Origin: Candidatus Eiseniibacteriota bacterium
GTDB lineage: Bacteria; Arandabacterota; Arandabacteria; Arandabacterales; Arandabacteraceae
Assembly (NCBI GenBank): GCA_043810925.1
Contig: JBDRNT010000161.1
Span: forward strand, 32,001 to 96,000
Reading direction: 5' to 3'
Length of the DNA: 64,000 bases
Shown here: positions 1-9,427 of the stretch, in pieces
How positions within the stretch are numbered: the first letter of the stretch is position 1
Layout of the letters: every line of letters starts with the position of its first letter
Notes under the pieces: generated by a model
Told to the model about the DNA's origin: nothing
The model's database searches: none
What the model saw: the letters and a program-made list of their open reading frames with translations, nothing else
Translations under genes and position numbers: made by a program

Positions 1-1
1 C

Positions 2-802
2 GAAAGCCCGCGGGCTGATAAGCCTTTCGTTGTTGTGAATTGTGCCGCATTGCCTGAGACCTTGCTTGAAAGCGAGCTCTTCGGCCATGTGAGGGGGGCT
101 TTCACGGGAGCAATCGCGGACCGGAAGGGCCGATTCGAAAGAGCCGATGGGGGAACAGTGTTCCTCGATGAGATCGCGGAGGTGAGCCCGGCAATTCAGG
201 TCAAGCTCCTCAGAGTACTTGAGACCAAACAGTTTGAAAGAGTTGGAGACAGCCAGACAAAGGGAGTGGATGTCAGGCTCGTGTCTGCTACAAACAGGAA
301 TCTCAAAGAGCTTATAGGTAGGGGCGAGTTCAGGGAGGATCTCTACTACAGAATCAACGTGGTTGCGATCAATCTTCCACCGCTGAGAGAGCGCGATGAA
401 GACATTCCACTCCTCGTCGATCACTTCGTAGAGAAGTTGAATGCCGACACAGGAAAACACGTGAGACAGGTATCCCAGGGGGCGATGGATGTGCTGATAG
501 ACCATGTCTGGCCGGGGAACGTCCGGGAACTGGAGAATGCGATCGGTCACGCGTTCGTCCATTGCCGCGGTGACACAATCCTGCCGGAGCACCTGCCACG
601 GGAACTGGTCGAAGTCACGCCGCATGCCGCAAGCGGGATGGCCTCGGCAGGCTCAATTGAAGAAATGGAAAAAGCCGCGGTCACGGATATGCTCAAGAGG
701 TGTAAAGGCAATCGAAGTCAGGCTGCCCGCCGCCTGGGCATAGGCCGGAGCTCACTCTGGCGCAAGATCAAGAAGTACGGTCTGACCCACTCCCCTGACT
801 GA
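2..802 (+). CDS. Sigma54-dependent transcriptional activator (AAA+ and Fis-type HTH), 5' truncated by window edge; OrpR-like by context
   Basis: Frame open from base 2 ([16 protein letters not shown]); [26 protein letters not shown] motifs; C-terminal [15 protein letters not shown]. Confidence 0.93.
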   Translation, partial: ESPRADKPFVVVNCAALPETLLESELFGHVRGAFTGAIADRKGRFERADGGTVFLDEIAEVSPAIQVKLLRVLETKQFERVGDSQTKGVDVRLVSATNRNLKELIGRGEFREDLYYRINVVAINLPPLRERDEDIPLLVDHFVEKLNADTGKHVRQVSQGAMDVLIDHVWPGNVRELENAIGHAFVHCRGDTILPEHLPRELVEVTPHAASGMASAGSIEEMEKAAVTDMLKRCKGNRSQAARRLGIGRSSLWRKIKKYGLTHSPD

Positions 803-853
803 TTCGGATCTGATCTGCCACCGGCTTGACAAAGAAGTCGACCGCGCACACTT

Positions 854-887
854 GTACCATATCGAAACGGCCGTTTCATCATGGTAC
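854..887. promoter_or_regulatory. Paired inverted activator-binding sites (candidate sigma54 UAS)
   Basis: GTACCAT-atc-GAAACGG|CCGTTTC-atc-ATGGTAC, an imperfect 34-bp palindrome about 100 bp upstream of a -24/-12 element. Confidence 0.6.
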
Positions 888-982
888 GCCAATCTCAGAG
901 CACGGACATACTCAACGGTATGTCGTCATTCTTAACATCTTATTATATAAGCAATTAGAAGCATAGCCGATTGTTATGGACT

Positions 983-999
983 CCGGCACGGACAATGCC
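983..999 (+). promoter_or_regulatory. Sigma54 (-24/-12) promoter
   Basis: ccGGcacggacaatGCc: GG at 985-986, GC at 997-998, 10-nt spacing; AT-rich tract at ~925-960 between UAS and promoter; RBS GAGGAGG at 1013-1019. Confidence 0.7.
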
Positions 1000-1027
1000 T
1001 ATTAGACCACATGAGGAGGTGGGAAAG

Positions 1028-1762
1028 ATGAAAATCGCTATTTCGTCAACCGGACAAGGACTTGATGCTGAGATGGATCCGCGATTTGGCAGATGTCAGT
1101 ACATCATTGTCGTTGATACTGACACGATGGAGTTTGAAACGATCGAGAACCCGAACATCATGGCTTCCGGCGGCGCCGGAATCCAGAGCGCCCAACTCAT
1201 TGCTGAAAAAGGCGTAGGTGTCGTGCTGACCGGAAACTGCGGCCCCAATGCCTTTCAGACGCTCCAGGCAGCCGGAATACCGGTTTGTGTGGGTGTTGGG
1301 GGGACGGTACGGGAAGCCGTTGAATTGTACAAGAAAGGTGAGATCTCCCCAAGCCAGGCACCCAGTGTGGCCGAGAAGTTCGGATCGAGGGGTGGACCCC
1401 AGGTCGACCCGGGAGGTGCACAGGGCACTCCCGACGGGCAGACTGAGCCCGGTGCGGATGATGGGATGGGACGTGGCATGGGTGGCGGGATGGGGCGAGG
1501 TGCGGGAAGAGGTATGGGCGGCGGGGGCATGGGACGCGGGACGGGGAGAGGTATGGGAAGAGGAACGGGCAGAGGCATGAGAAGAGGTATGGGAATGGGC
1601 TTCGGGGGCATTCTCAGCTCAAGAATAGATCCGGGGTATACAGGGGCAGCCGGTTCCGGTGATGAACTCAGTGACCTCCGGGGTCAGGCATCGGATTTGA
1701 GGACGGAGCTTGACCGGATTCACCAGAGAATCGATGAACTTGAGAGAAACCGGGGGAAATGA
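1028..1762 (+). CDS. NifB/NifX-family (orange-protein-like) protein with Gly/Met/Arg-rich repeats and C-terminal coiled coil
   Basis: MKIAISSTG...DPRFGRC...GNCGPNAF NifX-family signature; start chosen after RBS GAGGAGG. Confidence 0.88.
   Translation: MKIAISSTGQGLDAEMDPRFGRCQYIIVVDTDTMEFETIENPNIMASGGAGIQSAQLIAEKGVGVVLTGNCGPNAFQTLQAAGIPVCVGVGGTVREAVELYKKGEISPSQAPSVAEKFGSRGGPQVDPGGAQGTPDGQTEPGADDGMGRGMGGGMGRGAGRGMGGGGMGRGTGRGMGRGTGRGMRRGMGMGFGGILSSRIDPGYTGAAGSGDELSDLRGQASDLRTELDRIHQRIDELERNRGK
1463..1610 (+). repeat. Low-complexity coding repeat encoding G(M/T/A)G(R/G) units
   Basis: GMGRGMGGGMGRGAGRGMGGGGMGRGTGRGMGRGTGRGMRRGMGMG in the translation. Confidence 0.85.
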
Positions 1763-2625
1763 GCATGAAGATCGTAGTCGCCAGCGGGAAGGGCGGTACG
1801 GGAAAGACCACGGTGGCCGTGGCCCTTGCTCTGGCGCTTAGGAAAGAGGTGGACCGGCTCCAGTTTCTGGACTGCGATGTTGAGGAGCCAAACGCAGAAC
1901 TGCTGCTCAAGCCGGTTCTGACCGAGAGCAAGCCGGTCACCGTATCTATCCCGGAAGTGGACTCAGGCAAGTGCACAGGGTGTGGCAGGTGCCGTGAGAT
2001 ATGTGAATACAACGCCGTCGCGGTGGTCAGTGAGAAGGCACTGATCTTTGAAAACCTTTGCCATGCGTGTGGTGGATGCAGGCTCGTGTGCCCGGATGAC
2101 GCCATAACCGAAAAAGCAAAGGTGATCGGCAGGATCGACGCCGGAAGCCGGGACAATGTGCACTTCCTCAGGGGAGTACTCAATGTAGGGGAGCCTATGG
2201 CGACACCGGTCATACGCGCGCTCAGGGGCGAAGCCACCGATGATGCTCTTACGATACTTGATGCGCCACCGGGAACCGCATGCCCTGTGATCGCCACAGT
2301 CAAAGACTGTGACTACTGCATCCTTGTAACCGAGCCCACGCCTTTCGGACTCTACGACCTCAACCTGATGGTCGAAGTGGTGAAAGCACTCGGCATTCCA
2401 ATGGGCGTGGTCATAAACAAAGATGACACCTGGAGCACGCACATCGAGGAGTATGCTTCAGAAAACGATATCCCGATTGTCATGAAAATCCCCCTAAGCA
2501 GAGATATCGCAGTGTTCTACTCCAACGGTGTACCGCTCAACGAGGCTGATGGGCACTGGGATGAGGACTTCCTTCATCTCTATGAGGGTATTGGGAGACA
2601 GATATGGCAAAACCAATCGAAATAG
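1759..2625 (+). CDS. MinD-superfamily P-loop ATPase with inserted 2x[4Fe-4S] ferredoxin domain
   Basis: SGKGGTGKTT, DCDVEEPN, CTGCGRC, CHACGGCRLVCP, DAPPGTACP. Confidence 0.92.
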   Translation: MSMKIVVASGKGGTGKTTVAVALALALRKEVDRLQFLDCDVEEPNAELLLKPVLTESKPVTVSIPEVDSGKCTGCGRCREICEYNAVAVVSEKALIFENLCHACGGCRLVCPDDAITEKAKVIGRIDAGSRDNVHFLRGVLNVGEPMATPVIRALRGEATDDALTILDAPPGTACPVIATVKDCDYCILVTEPTPFGLYDLNLMVEVVKALGIPMGVVINKDDTWSTHIEEYASENDIPIVMKIPLSRDIAVFYSNGVPLNEADGHWDEDFLHLYEGIGRQIWQNQSK

Positions 2626-3518
2626 TCGTCGTAAGCGGCAAGGGGGGCACGGGAAAGACCGTTCTTGCATCTTCTCTGGCTGCTCTTATAGACGATCTGG
2701 TCGTGGCGGACTGCGATGTTGACGCCCCCGACATGCACCTGCTCCTCGAGCCGACGATAGTGAGGCATGAGGTTTTCTCAGGATCCAAAGTCGCTTCGAT
2801 CGACCCCGATACCTGCATTTCCTGCGCTACGTGTGCTGAGGTCTGCCGCTTTGGAGCGGTGAACGAGGAGATCAGCGGCAAGGCCCGGGCTTACTCGATT
2901 GACGGCCTTGCCTGTGAGGGATGTGGGGTTTGTGCATGGAACTGTCCTTCAGGTGCGATAGACCTCGGGGATGCGCCCACCGGTAACTGGTACGTATCCC
3001 GGACCCGCTTCGGCAAGATGATCCACGCCAGGTTGGGCGTCGCGCAGGAGACATCAGGAAAACTCGTGACGGTTGTACGAAGGGAGGCAAGGTGTACCGC
3101 CATTGCAGACAGGACCACATTCGTCCTGATCGACGGTCCTCCGGGCATAGGCTGTCCTGTCATAGCATCGATTGCCGGGGCGGATCTTGCTGTCATAGTC
3201 ACGGAGCCCACGCTGTCGGGGCTCCATGATCTCAAGCGGATCCTCGGACTCACCAAGCATTTTGAACTCAGGACCGCCGTAGTCATAAACAAGTATGACC
3301 TTAATAGTGAGATGTGCACACAGATACAGGGATTCCTGGAAGAACAGAAGATACCTCTTGCCGGCAAGATCAGGTTTGATGGGCAAGTCAACAAAGCGAT
3401 TGCCGCCGGGAAGACGATTGTCGAGTATTCTGACTCAGAGGCAGCCCGTGAGATAAAGCGTATCGCGGACTGGATAACCAGATCAATTCACACAGGGCAG
3501 GGAGCTAGGACCCGCTAA
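2604..3518 (+). CDS. MinD-superfamily P-loop ATPase with 2x[4Fe-4S] domain (partner subunit)
   Basis: SGKGGTGKT, DCDVDAPD, CISCATC, CEGCGVCAWNCP, SGKLV, DGPPGIGCP. Confidence 0.92.
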   Translation: MAKPIEIVVVSGKGGTGKTVLASSLAALIDDLVVADCDVDAPDMHLLLEPTIVRHEVFSGSKVASIDPDTCISCATCAEVCRFGAVNEEISGKARAYSIDGLACEGCGVCAWNCPSGAIDLGDAPTGNWYVSRTRFGKMIHARLGVAQETSGKLVTVVRREARCTAIADRTTFVLIDGPPGIGCPVIASIAGADLAVIVTEPTLSGLHDLKRILGLTKHFELRTAVVINKYDLNSEMCTQIQGFLEEQKIPLAGKIRFDGQVNKAIAAGKTIVEYSDSEAAREIKRIADWITRSIHTGQGARTR

Positions 3519-3528
3519 GGATGGGAGG

Positions 3529-4830
3529 TTGACCATGGTATCGGTGGCCGGCGACGCGGCAACAGGCCGCGACTTCAAGGAGAGAACACAATCGCACGAG
3601 GAGCGGAAGCTGAGAATCGAAGAGAGGATGGCACAGGTCAAGCACAAGTTCATTGTAATAAGTGGTAAGGGGGGCGTGGGTAAGAGTACTGTCGCTGCCT
3701 ACGTAGCAGCTTCACTTGCCGCCGATGGGAACTCCGTGGGACTGCTGGACACGGACATTCATGGACCGAGCATTCCCAAGATGCTTGGGCTTGAGGATAG
3801 TCGTGTGACTGCAGCGGGTGAAACCATAATGCCCATCCCGTTTTCCAAGAACCTGAGTGTCATGTCGATCGGTTTTCTCCTCAGGTCGAGTAAGGATGCA
3901 GTGATCTGGCGCGGCCCAATGAAGATGGGAATCATAGAGGAGTTTCTCGGGAATGTGGAGTGGGGCCCTCTGGACTACATGATAATCGACTCTCCCCCCG
4001 GTACGGGAGATGAACCCCTGTCGGTCTGCCAGCTGATACCCGGGCTTGACGGTGCTATCGTCATAGCAACTCCGCAGGAGATCGCCCTCGTTGATGTTGA
4101 GAAGTCGATATCGTTCTGTCGCCAGCTCAATATACCCGTGTTCGGTGTGATCGAGAACATGTCGGGTTTCATATGTCCACATTGCGGCGAGAAGGCCGAC
4201 ATCTTCAAGAGCGGCGGCGCCGAGGCTCTTGCAGCCGAGGCCGGGGTTCCATTTCTTGGACGGATACCTATCGTACCTGAGGTTGTGGATGCATGTGACG
4301 CGGGAGCATGCTCACTGGCAAGCATCGCATCCGACCCGTTCAAGCAATCCCTCAAGGCTATAACCGATAGCATTCTTAAAGCGGCGCCGGCCACATCCGG
4401 ACCTGAGGTCCCCGAACCGGCGGCGGAACCGGACAATGACGCCGGCAAGACCTTGCCCGCCGGACACGAAGCTTCCCATTTGGAGGGAGCTGCGGTTCAG
4501 CGCATCGCTCTGCCTCTAGACGGTGATCGCCTGAGTACACACTTCGGCCACAGCACACGATTCGCAATCTATTATGTCGAGGGGAGCAAGATAATCGGCC
4601 AGCGGGATCTTACACCGCCACCCCATGCCCCAGGGGTCATTCCTTCGTGGCTCAAGGAACAGGGGGTCGGTGTAGTTATCGCCGGCGGACTGGGAGGGCG
4701 GGCAATCGCAGCCTTTGAGAGCTCGGGCATTACCGTAGTCTGCGGGGCACCACCCGAAGACCCCAAAGATGTCGTTTCGGCTTATCTCAAGGGTACCCTG
4801 GCGGCAGGTGAGAACATCTGCGACCACTGA
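3529..4830 (+). CDS. Mrp/NBP35 Fe-S carrier ATPase fused to a C-terminal NifB/NifX domain
   Basis: SGKGGVGKS, DIHGPS, WRGPM, DSPPGTGD, ENMSGFICPHC; C-terminal HFGH...PPPHAPG...GENICDH. Confidence 0.92.
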   Translation: MTMVSVAGDAATGRDFKERTQSHEERKLRIEERMAQVKHKFIVISGKGGVGKSTVAAYVAASLAADGNSVGLLDTDIHGPSIPKMLGLEDSRVTAAGETIMPIPFSKNLSVMSIGFLLRSSKDAVIWRGPMKMGIIEEFLGNVEWGPLDYMIIDSPPGTGDEPLSVCQLIPGLDGAIVIATPQEIALVDVEKSISFCRQLNIPVFGVIENMSGFICPHCGEKADIFKSGGAEALAAEAGVPFLGRIPIVPEVVDACDAGACSLASIASDPFKQSLKAITDSILKAAPATSGPEVPEPAAEPDNDAGKTLPAGHEASHLEGAAVQRIALPLDGDRLSTHFGHSTRFAIYYVEGSKIIGQRDLTPPPHAPGVIPSWLKEQGVGVVIAGGLGGRAIAAFESSGITVVCGAPPEDPKDVVSAYLKGTLAAGENICDH

Positions 4831-4875
4831 TGGTTTAGGGCTTAACGGTCGGAGTGCTCATTGTGGAAAAATAGC

Positions 4876-4904
4876 TTGACGCAGGCACAACTGTACTCTA
4901 TAAT
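4876..4904 (+). promoter_or_regulatory. Sigma70-type promoter
   Basis: TTGACG-N17-TATAAT. Confidence 0.75.
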
Positions 4905-4934
4905 GTCTATGGACATAAGAGACTAGGGGGACAA

Positions 4935-5336
4935 GTGAGACTGACTACCAAGAGTGAGTATTCGCTGCTGGCACTGATCTACATAGCCCGGGCCGGAAAG
5001 AATACCTATGTCAAGATCGAGGATATCTGCCGGGAGCACGACATCTCGAAGAAGTATCTGGAGCACCTTCTTATGATTCTCAGGCAGAATCGATATCTGC
5101 GGACTCGAAGAGGAGCACGCGGAGGCTACGCTCTTGCCAAGCCGGCGTCAAAGATCAGCGTAGCCCAGGTCATAAGGCTGATGGATGGTGCTCTGGCTCC
5201 TACCGAGTCGGTCAGCATGTATTTCTACTCGGAGACTCCGCTGATGAATGAGAAGAAGATAATCGCTGTCTTTAAGGACATCCGCGATTACGCATCAAAG
5301 CGATTGGAGAGCCTTAAGCTGTCGCATCTGGTCTAG
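4935..5336 (+). CDS. Rrf2-family transcriptional regulator lacking the Fe-S cysteine triad
   Basis: MRLTTKSEYSLLAL...YLEHLL...RGARGGYALAKP...GALAP; GTG start after GGGGG. Confidence 0.9.
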   Translation: MRLTTKSEYSLLALIYIARAGKNTYVKIEDICREHDISKKYLEHLLMILRQNRYLRTRRGARGGYALAKPASKISVAQVIRLMDGALAPTESVSMYFYSETPLMNEKKIIAVFKDIRDYASKRLESLKLSHLV

Positions 5337-5602
5337 CGAACATCGTATGGGAATAGGTCGCCGCACGAACGCAAGAAGCAGGTGACTCAAGTGGATGAGA
5401 AGCTGATACTTCTAATGCCCCTGGCCTTTGCGTTTTTCCACCACGGTGTCCGCAACGTCGATTTCAACCCATGTTCCAAGGACACGAAGCCTGCCGCCGT
5501 CCTCTCATCACCCGGCGATAGTCCCGAATCTCGGCCGTCTCACTCCGGTGAGAGTCTCTCTACGCAGACAGGGCAACTGACGCTGGACAAGGCAGAAGCC
5601 AA

Positions 5603-6481
5603 ATGAGCACCTCCAGGATAGTCATTGCCAGTGGAAAGGGAGGCTCCGGGAAGACCACGGTGGCGACGGCGCTCGTGATGACACTTATGAGGGAGATGCC
5701 GGAAGTCCAGCTGGTCGACTGCGACGTCGAGGGACCCGACGCCGCCCTGTTTCTCAAGCCCGAGATCGAGAGTTCAACTCCACTGACCATAGACTTTCCT
5801 GAGATCGCTGCGTCTCAATGCTCCGGGTGTGGTGACTGTCAGTCTGTCTGCCAGTTCGGGGGAGTCAGCGTCGTATCGGGGGTAGCCGAGCATTACAGCG
5901 ACCTTTGCCATGCCTGTGGTGGTTGCAGCCTTGCGTGTCATGCCGGTGCCATCACCGAGAAGAAGAAGCGTATCGGTGTGATAGAAAGCGGGAGAAGAGA
6001 AAATGTGGTCTTCCACAGAGGTGTCCTTGACGTCGGGCGCCATATGGTCACTCCCATAATACGTGGACTGAAATCTATAGCGCGTGGCGACTTACCTACG
6101 ATACTGGATTCCGGTCCGGGGACTGTCTCACCAGTGATCGCGACTATCAAAGACTGTGACTACTGCATTTTGGTCACGGAGCCGTCACCGTTTGGGTTGT
6201 ACGACCTTAGAATCGCCGTAAGGCTCGCCGGTGAGATCGGCGTCCCCACCGGGATCGTCATAAACAAGGATGAGGCTTGGAGCTCCAACATTGAGCAATA
6301 TGCATCTGAGATGGACATTCCCATAATTCTGCGTATACCTTTCCGGCGGGAGATCGCCTCCTTATGCTCCAGGGGCATCCCTCTCACCGAGGTGGCCTCC
6401 TCGTGGGATGAGGCGTTTTGGGACATGTATGCAAGAGTTGAGAGGACGATATGGGAAAGCCGACCGAGATCGCCGTTATAA
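5603..6481 (+). CDS. Second, divergent copy of the [4Fe-4S] P-loop ATPase (paralog of 1759-2625)
   Basis: SGKGGSGKTT, CHACGGC; PVIAT(V/I)KDCDYCILVTEP block shared with the first copy. Confidence 0.9.
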   Translation: MSTSRIVIASGKGGSGKTTVATALVMTLMREMPEVQLVDCDVEGPDAALFLKPEIESSTPLTIDFPEIAASQCSGCGDCQSVCQFGGVSVVSGVAEHYSDLCHACGGCSLACHAGAITEKKKRIGVIESGRRENVVFHRGVLDVGRHMVTPIIRGLKSIARGDLPTILDSGPGTVSPVIATIKDCDYCILVTEPSPFGLYDLRIAVRLAGEIGVPTGIVINKDEAWSSNIEQYASEMDIPIILRIPFRREIASLCSRGIPLTEVASSWDEAFWDMYARVERTIWESRPRSPL

Positions 6482-7356
6482 GTGGTAAGGGGGGTGCCGG
6501 GAAGACGGTACTCGCGGCATCCCTTGCCAAGAGCACTCCGGGCAGTGTGGTGGCTGATTGTGATGTCGATACCCCGAACATGCATCTCTTGCTGAAACCC
6601 AATCTCATGAGCGAACACGCGTTCTTCGGCGAGAAGACAGCTGTTATGGACGGCGAGCTTTGCACACGTTGCGGAGATTGCTTCAGAACATGCCGCTTCG
6701 GTGCGATAAGAGAAATAGACATACCTGCCGGTTGGTCGTATTCCGTAGACGCTTTGTCCTGCGAGGGGTGCGGCGTATGCACTATGGTGTGCCCCGAAGA
6801 CGCCATCCTCATGAAAGACGCACGCGCAGGTGCTTGGTGTGTGTCGAGTTGGGACTTGGGGCCATTTGTTCATGCACACCTGACTTCTGCCCGGAAGAAC
6901 ACTGAAACACTCGTCAGAATCCTCCGGCGAGAGGCCAGCAAGATAGCGGGTCGCGAGGGACGGAGACACATAATAATCGATGGGCCTGCCGGTATAGGGG
7001 CCACCGTAGTTGCTGCGGTTGAAGGGGTCTCGCTCGCCGTGGTGGTAACTGAGCCCACTGTGTCCGGGATTAACGATCTGCGCAGGCTGATACGCCTTGT
7101 GCAGCAGATTGGCATAAGAACAGCCGCGGTGATAAACAAGTACGACCTGAATACAGAGGTCACCCTGGCAATCGAGGAATACCTGTCAATCAACGGTGTC
7201 CCGCTCCTGGGCAAGATCTGCTTCAGCACTGAACTCAATCGAGCAGTCGGAGCGGGCGAAGTCGTCGTTAATGCCGGGGACGATTCAGCAACACAGGCAC
7301 TCAGGGGAATATCCAACCGGATACTTGGACTCGCGGCCCGAGAAGTGCAGACATGA
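6451..7356 (+). CDS. Second, divergent copy of the partner [4Fe-4S] P-loop ATPase (paralog of 2604-3518)
   Basis: SGKGGAGKTV, DCDVDTPN, CTRCGDC, CEGCGVCTMVCP, VINKYDLN. Confidence 0.9.
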   Translation: MGKPTEIAVISGKGGAGKTVLAASLAKSTPGSVVADCDVDTPNMHLLLKPNLMSEHAFFGEKTAVMDGELCTRCGDCFRTCRFGAIREIDIPAGWSYSVDALSCEGCGVCTMVCPEDAILMKDARAGAWCVSSWDLGPFVHAHLTSARKNTETLVRILRREASKIAGREGRRHIIIDGPAGIGATVVAAVEGVSLAVVVTEPTVSGINDLRRLIRLVQQIGIRTAAVINKYDLNTEVTLAIEEYLSINGVPLLGKICFSTELNRAVGAGEVVVNAGDDSATQALRGISNRILGLAAREVQT

Positions 7357-9326
7357 AGCACTCACTGAGAACCAAGTTGATAGTCAGTTTCGTGGCCGTC
7401 ATCGCCACCAGCGGCATCGTCACTGTATGGGTAGGGACCCAGATGATCGGTGACGAAATCATAGGACGTGCACAGGAGAAGGTCCGCACCGACCTCAATT
7501 CTGCAAGGGAGATATACACACATCGGGTGGATCGGATCAGCGAGGTTGTGCGCCTGACATCCATCAGATTCTTCCTTAGACAGGGTCTTACCGGCAACAA
7601 CCCGGAGATTATGGAGAACGAGCTGATGAAGATCCGGGAGACCGAGGGTCTGGACATTCTCACGATCACCGACAAGGATGGCGTAGTTGTCTTCAGAGCA
7701 CGAAACCCAGAAGTCCGCCATGATGCTCCGACCGGCGACGAGATTCTTACAGAGGCTCTGGTCAAGGAAGAATTGGTCGCCGGAACACAAATCGTTACCA
7801 GCCAAGAGCTGGAGAAAGAGGGAACCGACTTGATGGAGCGTGCCCATATCGGAATTATTCCGACACCGAGGGCAAGGCCCAGGCCGGAAGATGAAGAAAC
7901 CTCGGGGATAGCCTGCAAGGCCGCCGCTCCTGTATTTGACTATGATGGCACGTTAATAGGGGTTCTTTATGGCGCCACACTGCTGAATCGCAACTATGAG
8001 ATTGTCGACGCCGTGAAGGCCGTTGTTTACCAGGGTGAGACGTATAAGGGCAGAGACACAGGTACAGTAACGATCTTCCAGGGAGACCTCCGCATATCCA
8101 CGAACGTGCTCGATTCAAGTAACTCGCGTGCCATTGGGACCAGGGTCTCAGAAGAAGTGTATAACCAGGTCATCATCAAGGGGGCACCGTGGATGGCCAG
8201 GGCTTTTGTTGTTAACGATTGGTATATAACCGCATATGAGCCTCTCAAGAGCATCAGGGGAGAGATTATCGGTATGCTATACGTCGGGCTGCTCGAGGCC
8301 CCGTACACCGATCTCAGGAACCGCGTTGTACTCACGTTTTCAGGCATCGCGGTGGCAACCGTCGTTCTCCTGTCGATTGTCGTGTACTTCACTACGTCGA
8401 GTATTGTAAGCCCGCTGCGAAGGCTCCTGCATGCGACTGAGAGGATCGCGCGGGGATATCTTGCCTACAGGGTCAAGGTTACCTCCGATGACGAGCTCGG
8501 CCAGCTCGCCAGGTCTTTCAACACAATGACAGAAGAACTGGAGAAGACCACCGCCGACTATGTCGAGCTGAACCAAAAACTTGAGGAGCAGGTCCTCGAG
8601 CGGACCAAGAAACTCGAGGAGGCACAGGATCAGCTTGTTCAAACGGAGAAGCTGACCTCGCTAGGCAAGATGGCTGCCGGGATAGCACATGAGATAAACA
8701 ATCCCCTGACTTCTATTCTGATCAATAGCCATCTTGCAGTGGAAAATCTGAAGGACAAAGAGGATCTTGACGGGAATCTCAAGTTGATCATCGACGAAAC
8801 CACAAGGTGCAGCGAGATCGTAAGGGGATTACTAGAGTTCTCCAGACAGACCGCCCCCAGGTTGGGACCTGTCAATGTCAACCACCTGATCGATCAGACC
8901 CTTCTGCTCCTCAAAAGCCACGTTATGGCTAAGCGAGTCAACATCCGGCTGGATCCGGGCGACAATCTGCCCACGATGATCATAGACATGAACAAGATGA
9001 AGCAGGTTTTCACGAACATTATATTGAATGCGCTCGACGCAATGATTGAGGGTGGAACACTCACAATTCGGTCGCGGCTCTCGGGAGATAAGCAGTCCGT
9101 AAACATTGAATTCGAGGACACCGGTTGCGGCATACCCGATGACGTGCTGGTAAGGGTATTTGATCCGTTTTTCAGTACCAAGGAAACGGGTGGCACAGGG
9201 CTGGGTCTTGCCGTCAGCTATGGAATTGTGGAACTACATAAGGGAAAGATCGACATTCAAAGCAGGGTGGGGATAGGGACAATCGTCACGGTCACTCTCC
9301 CCATAAGCGCGATTGAACCCGCATGA
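7353..9326 (+). CDS. Membrane sensor histidine kinase (TM-Cache-TM-HAMP-HisKA-HATPase)
   Basis: Two TM helices; TIFQGDLRISTNV...RAIGT Cache motif; DELGQLARSFN HAMP; AHEINNPL; GTGLGL; ATGA overlap with upstream ATPase. Confidence 0.93.
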   Translation: MKHSLRTKLIVSFVAVIATSGIVTVWVGTQMIGDEIIGRAQEKVRTDLNSAREIYTHRVDRISEVVRLTSIRFFLRQGLTGNNPEIMENELMKIRETEGLDILTITDKDGVVVFRARNPEVRHDAPTGDEILTEALVKEELVAGTQIVTSQELEKEGTDLMERAHIGIIPTPRARPRPEDEETSGIACKAAAPVFDYDGTLIGVLYGATLLNRNYEIVDAVKAVVYQGETYKGRDTGTVTIFQGDLRISTNVLDSSNSRAIGTRVSEEVYNQVIIKGAPWMARAFVVNDWYITAYEPLKSIRGEIIGMLYVGLLEAPYTDLRNRVVLTFSGIAVATVVLLSIVVYFTTSSIVSPLRRLLHATERIARGYLAYRVKVTSDDELGQLARSFNTMTEELEKTTADYVELNQKLEEQVLERTKKLEEAQDQLVQTEKLTSLGKMAAGIAHEINNPLTSILINSHLAVENLKDKEDLDGNLKLIIDETTRCSEIVRGLLEFSRQTAPRLGPVNVNHLIDQTLLLLKSHVMAKRVNIRLDPGDNLPTMIIDMNKMKQVFTNIILNALDAMIEGGTLTIRSRLSGDKQSVNIEFEDTGCGIPDDVLVRVFDPFFSTKETGGTGLGLAVSYGIVELHKGKIDIQSRVGIGTIVTVTLPISAIEPA

Positions 9327-9427
9327 TCCTGCAACTGTGAAGCGGGAGAAAGGACACCTATCTGATCTCAGGCATCGGAGAATGATGCGGCTCGTGAGAC
9401 CCAAAGATTATAGGGAGGTGAGCAACA

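Noticed and set aside
1028-4830. Nitrogen fixation genes
   Set aside because: Only NifX-like domains and MinD/Mrp ATPases are present; no nifHDK
5382-5606. 74-aa ORF overlapping the second ATPase start
   Set aside because: No motif, weak RBS and low-complexity composition; cannot be supported
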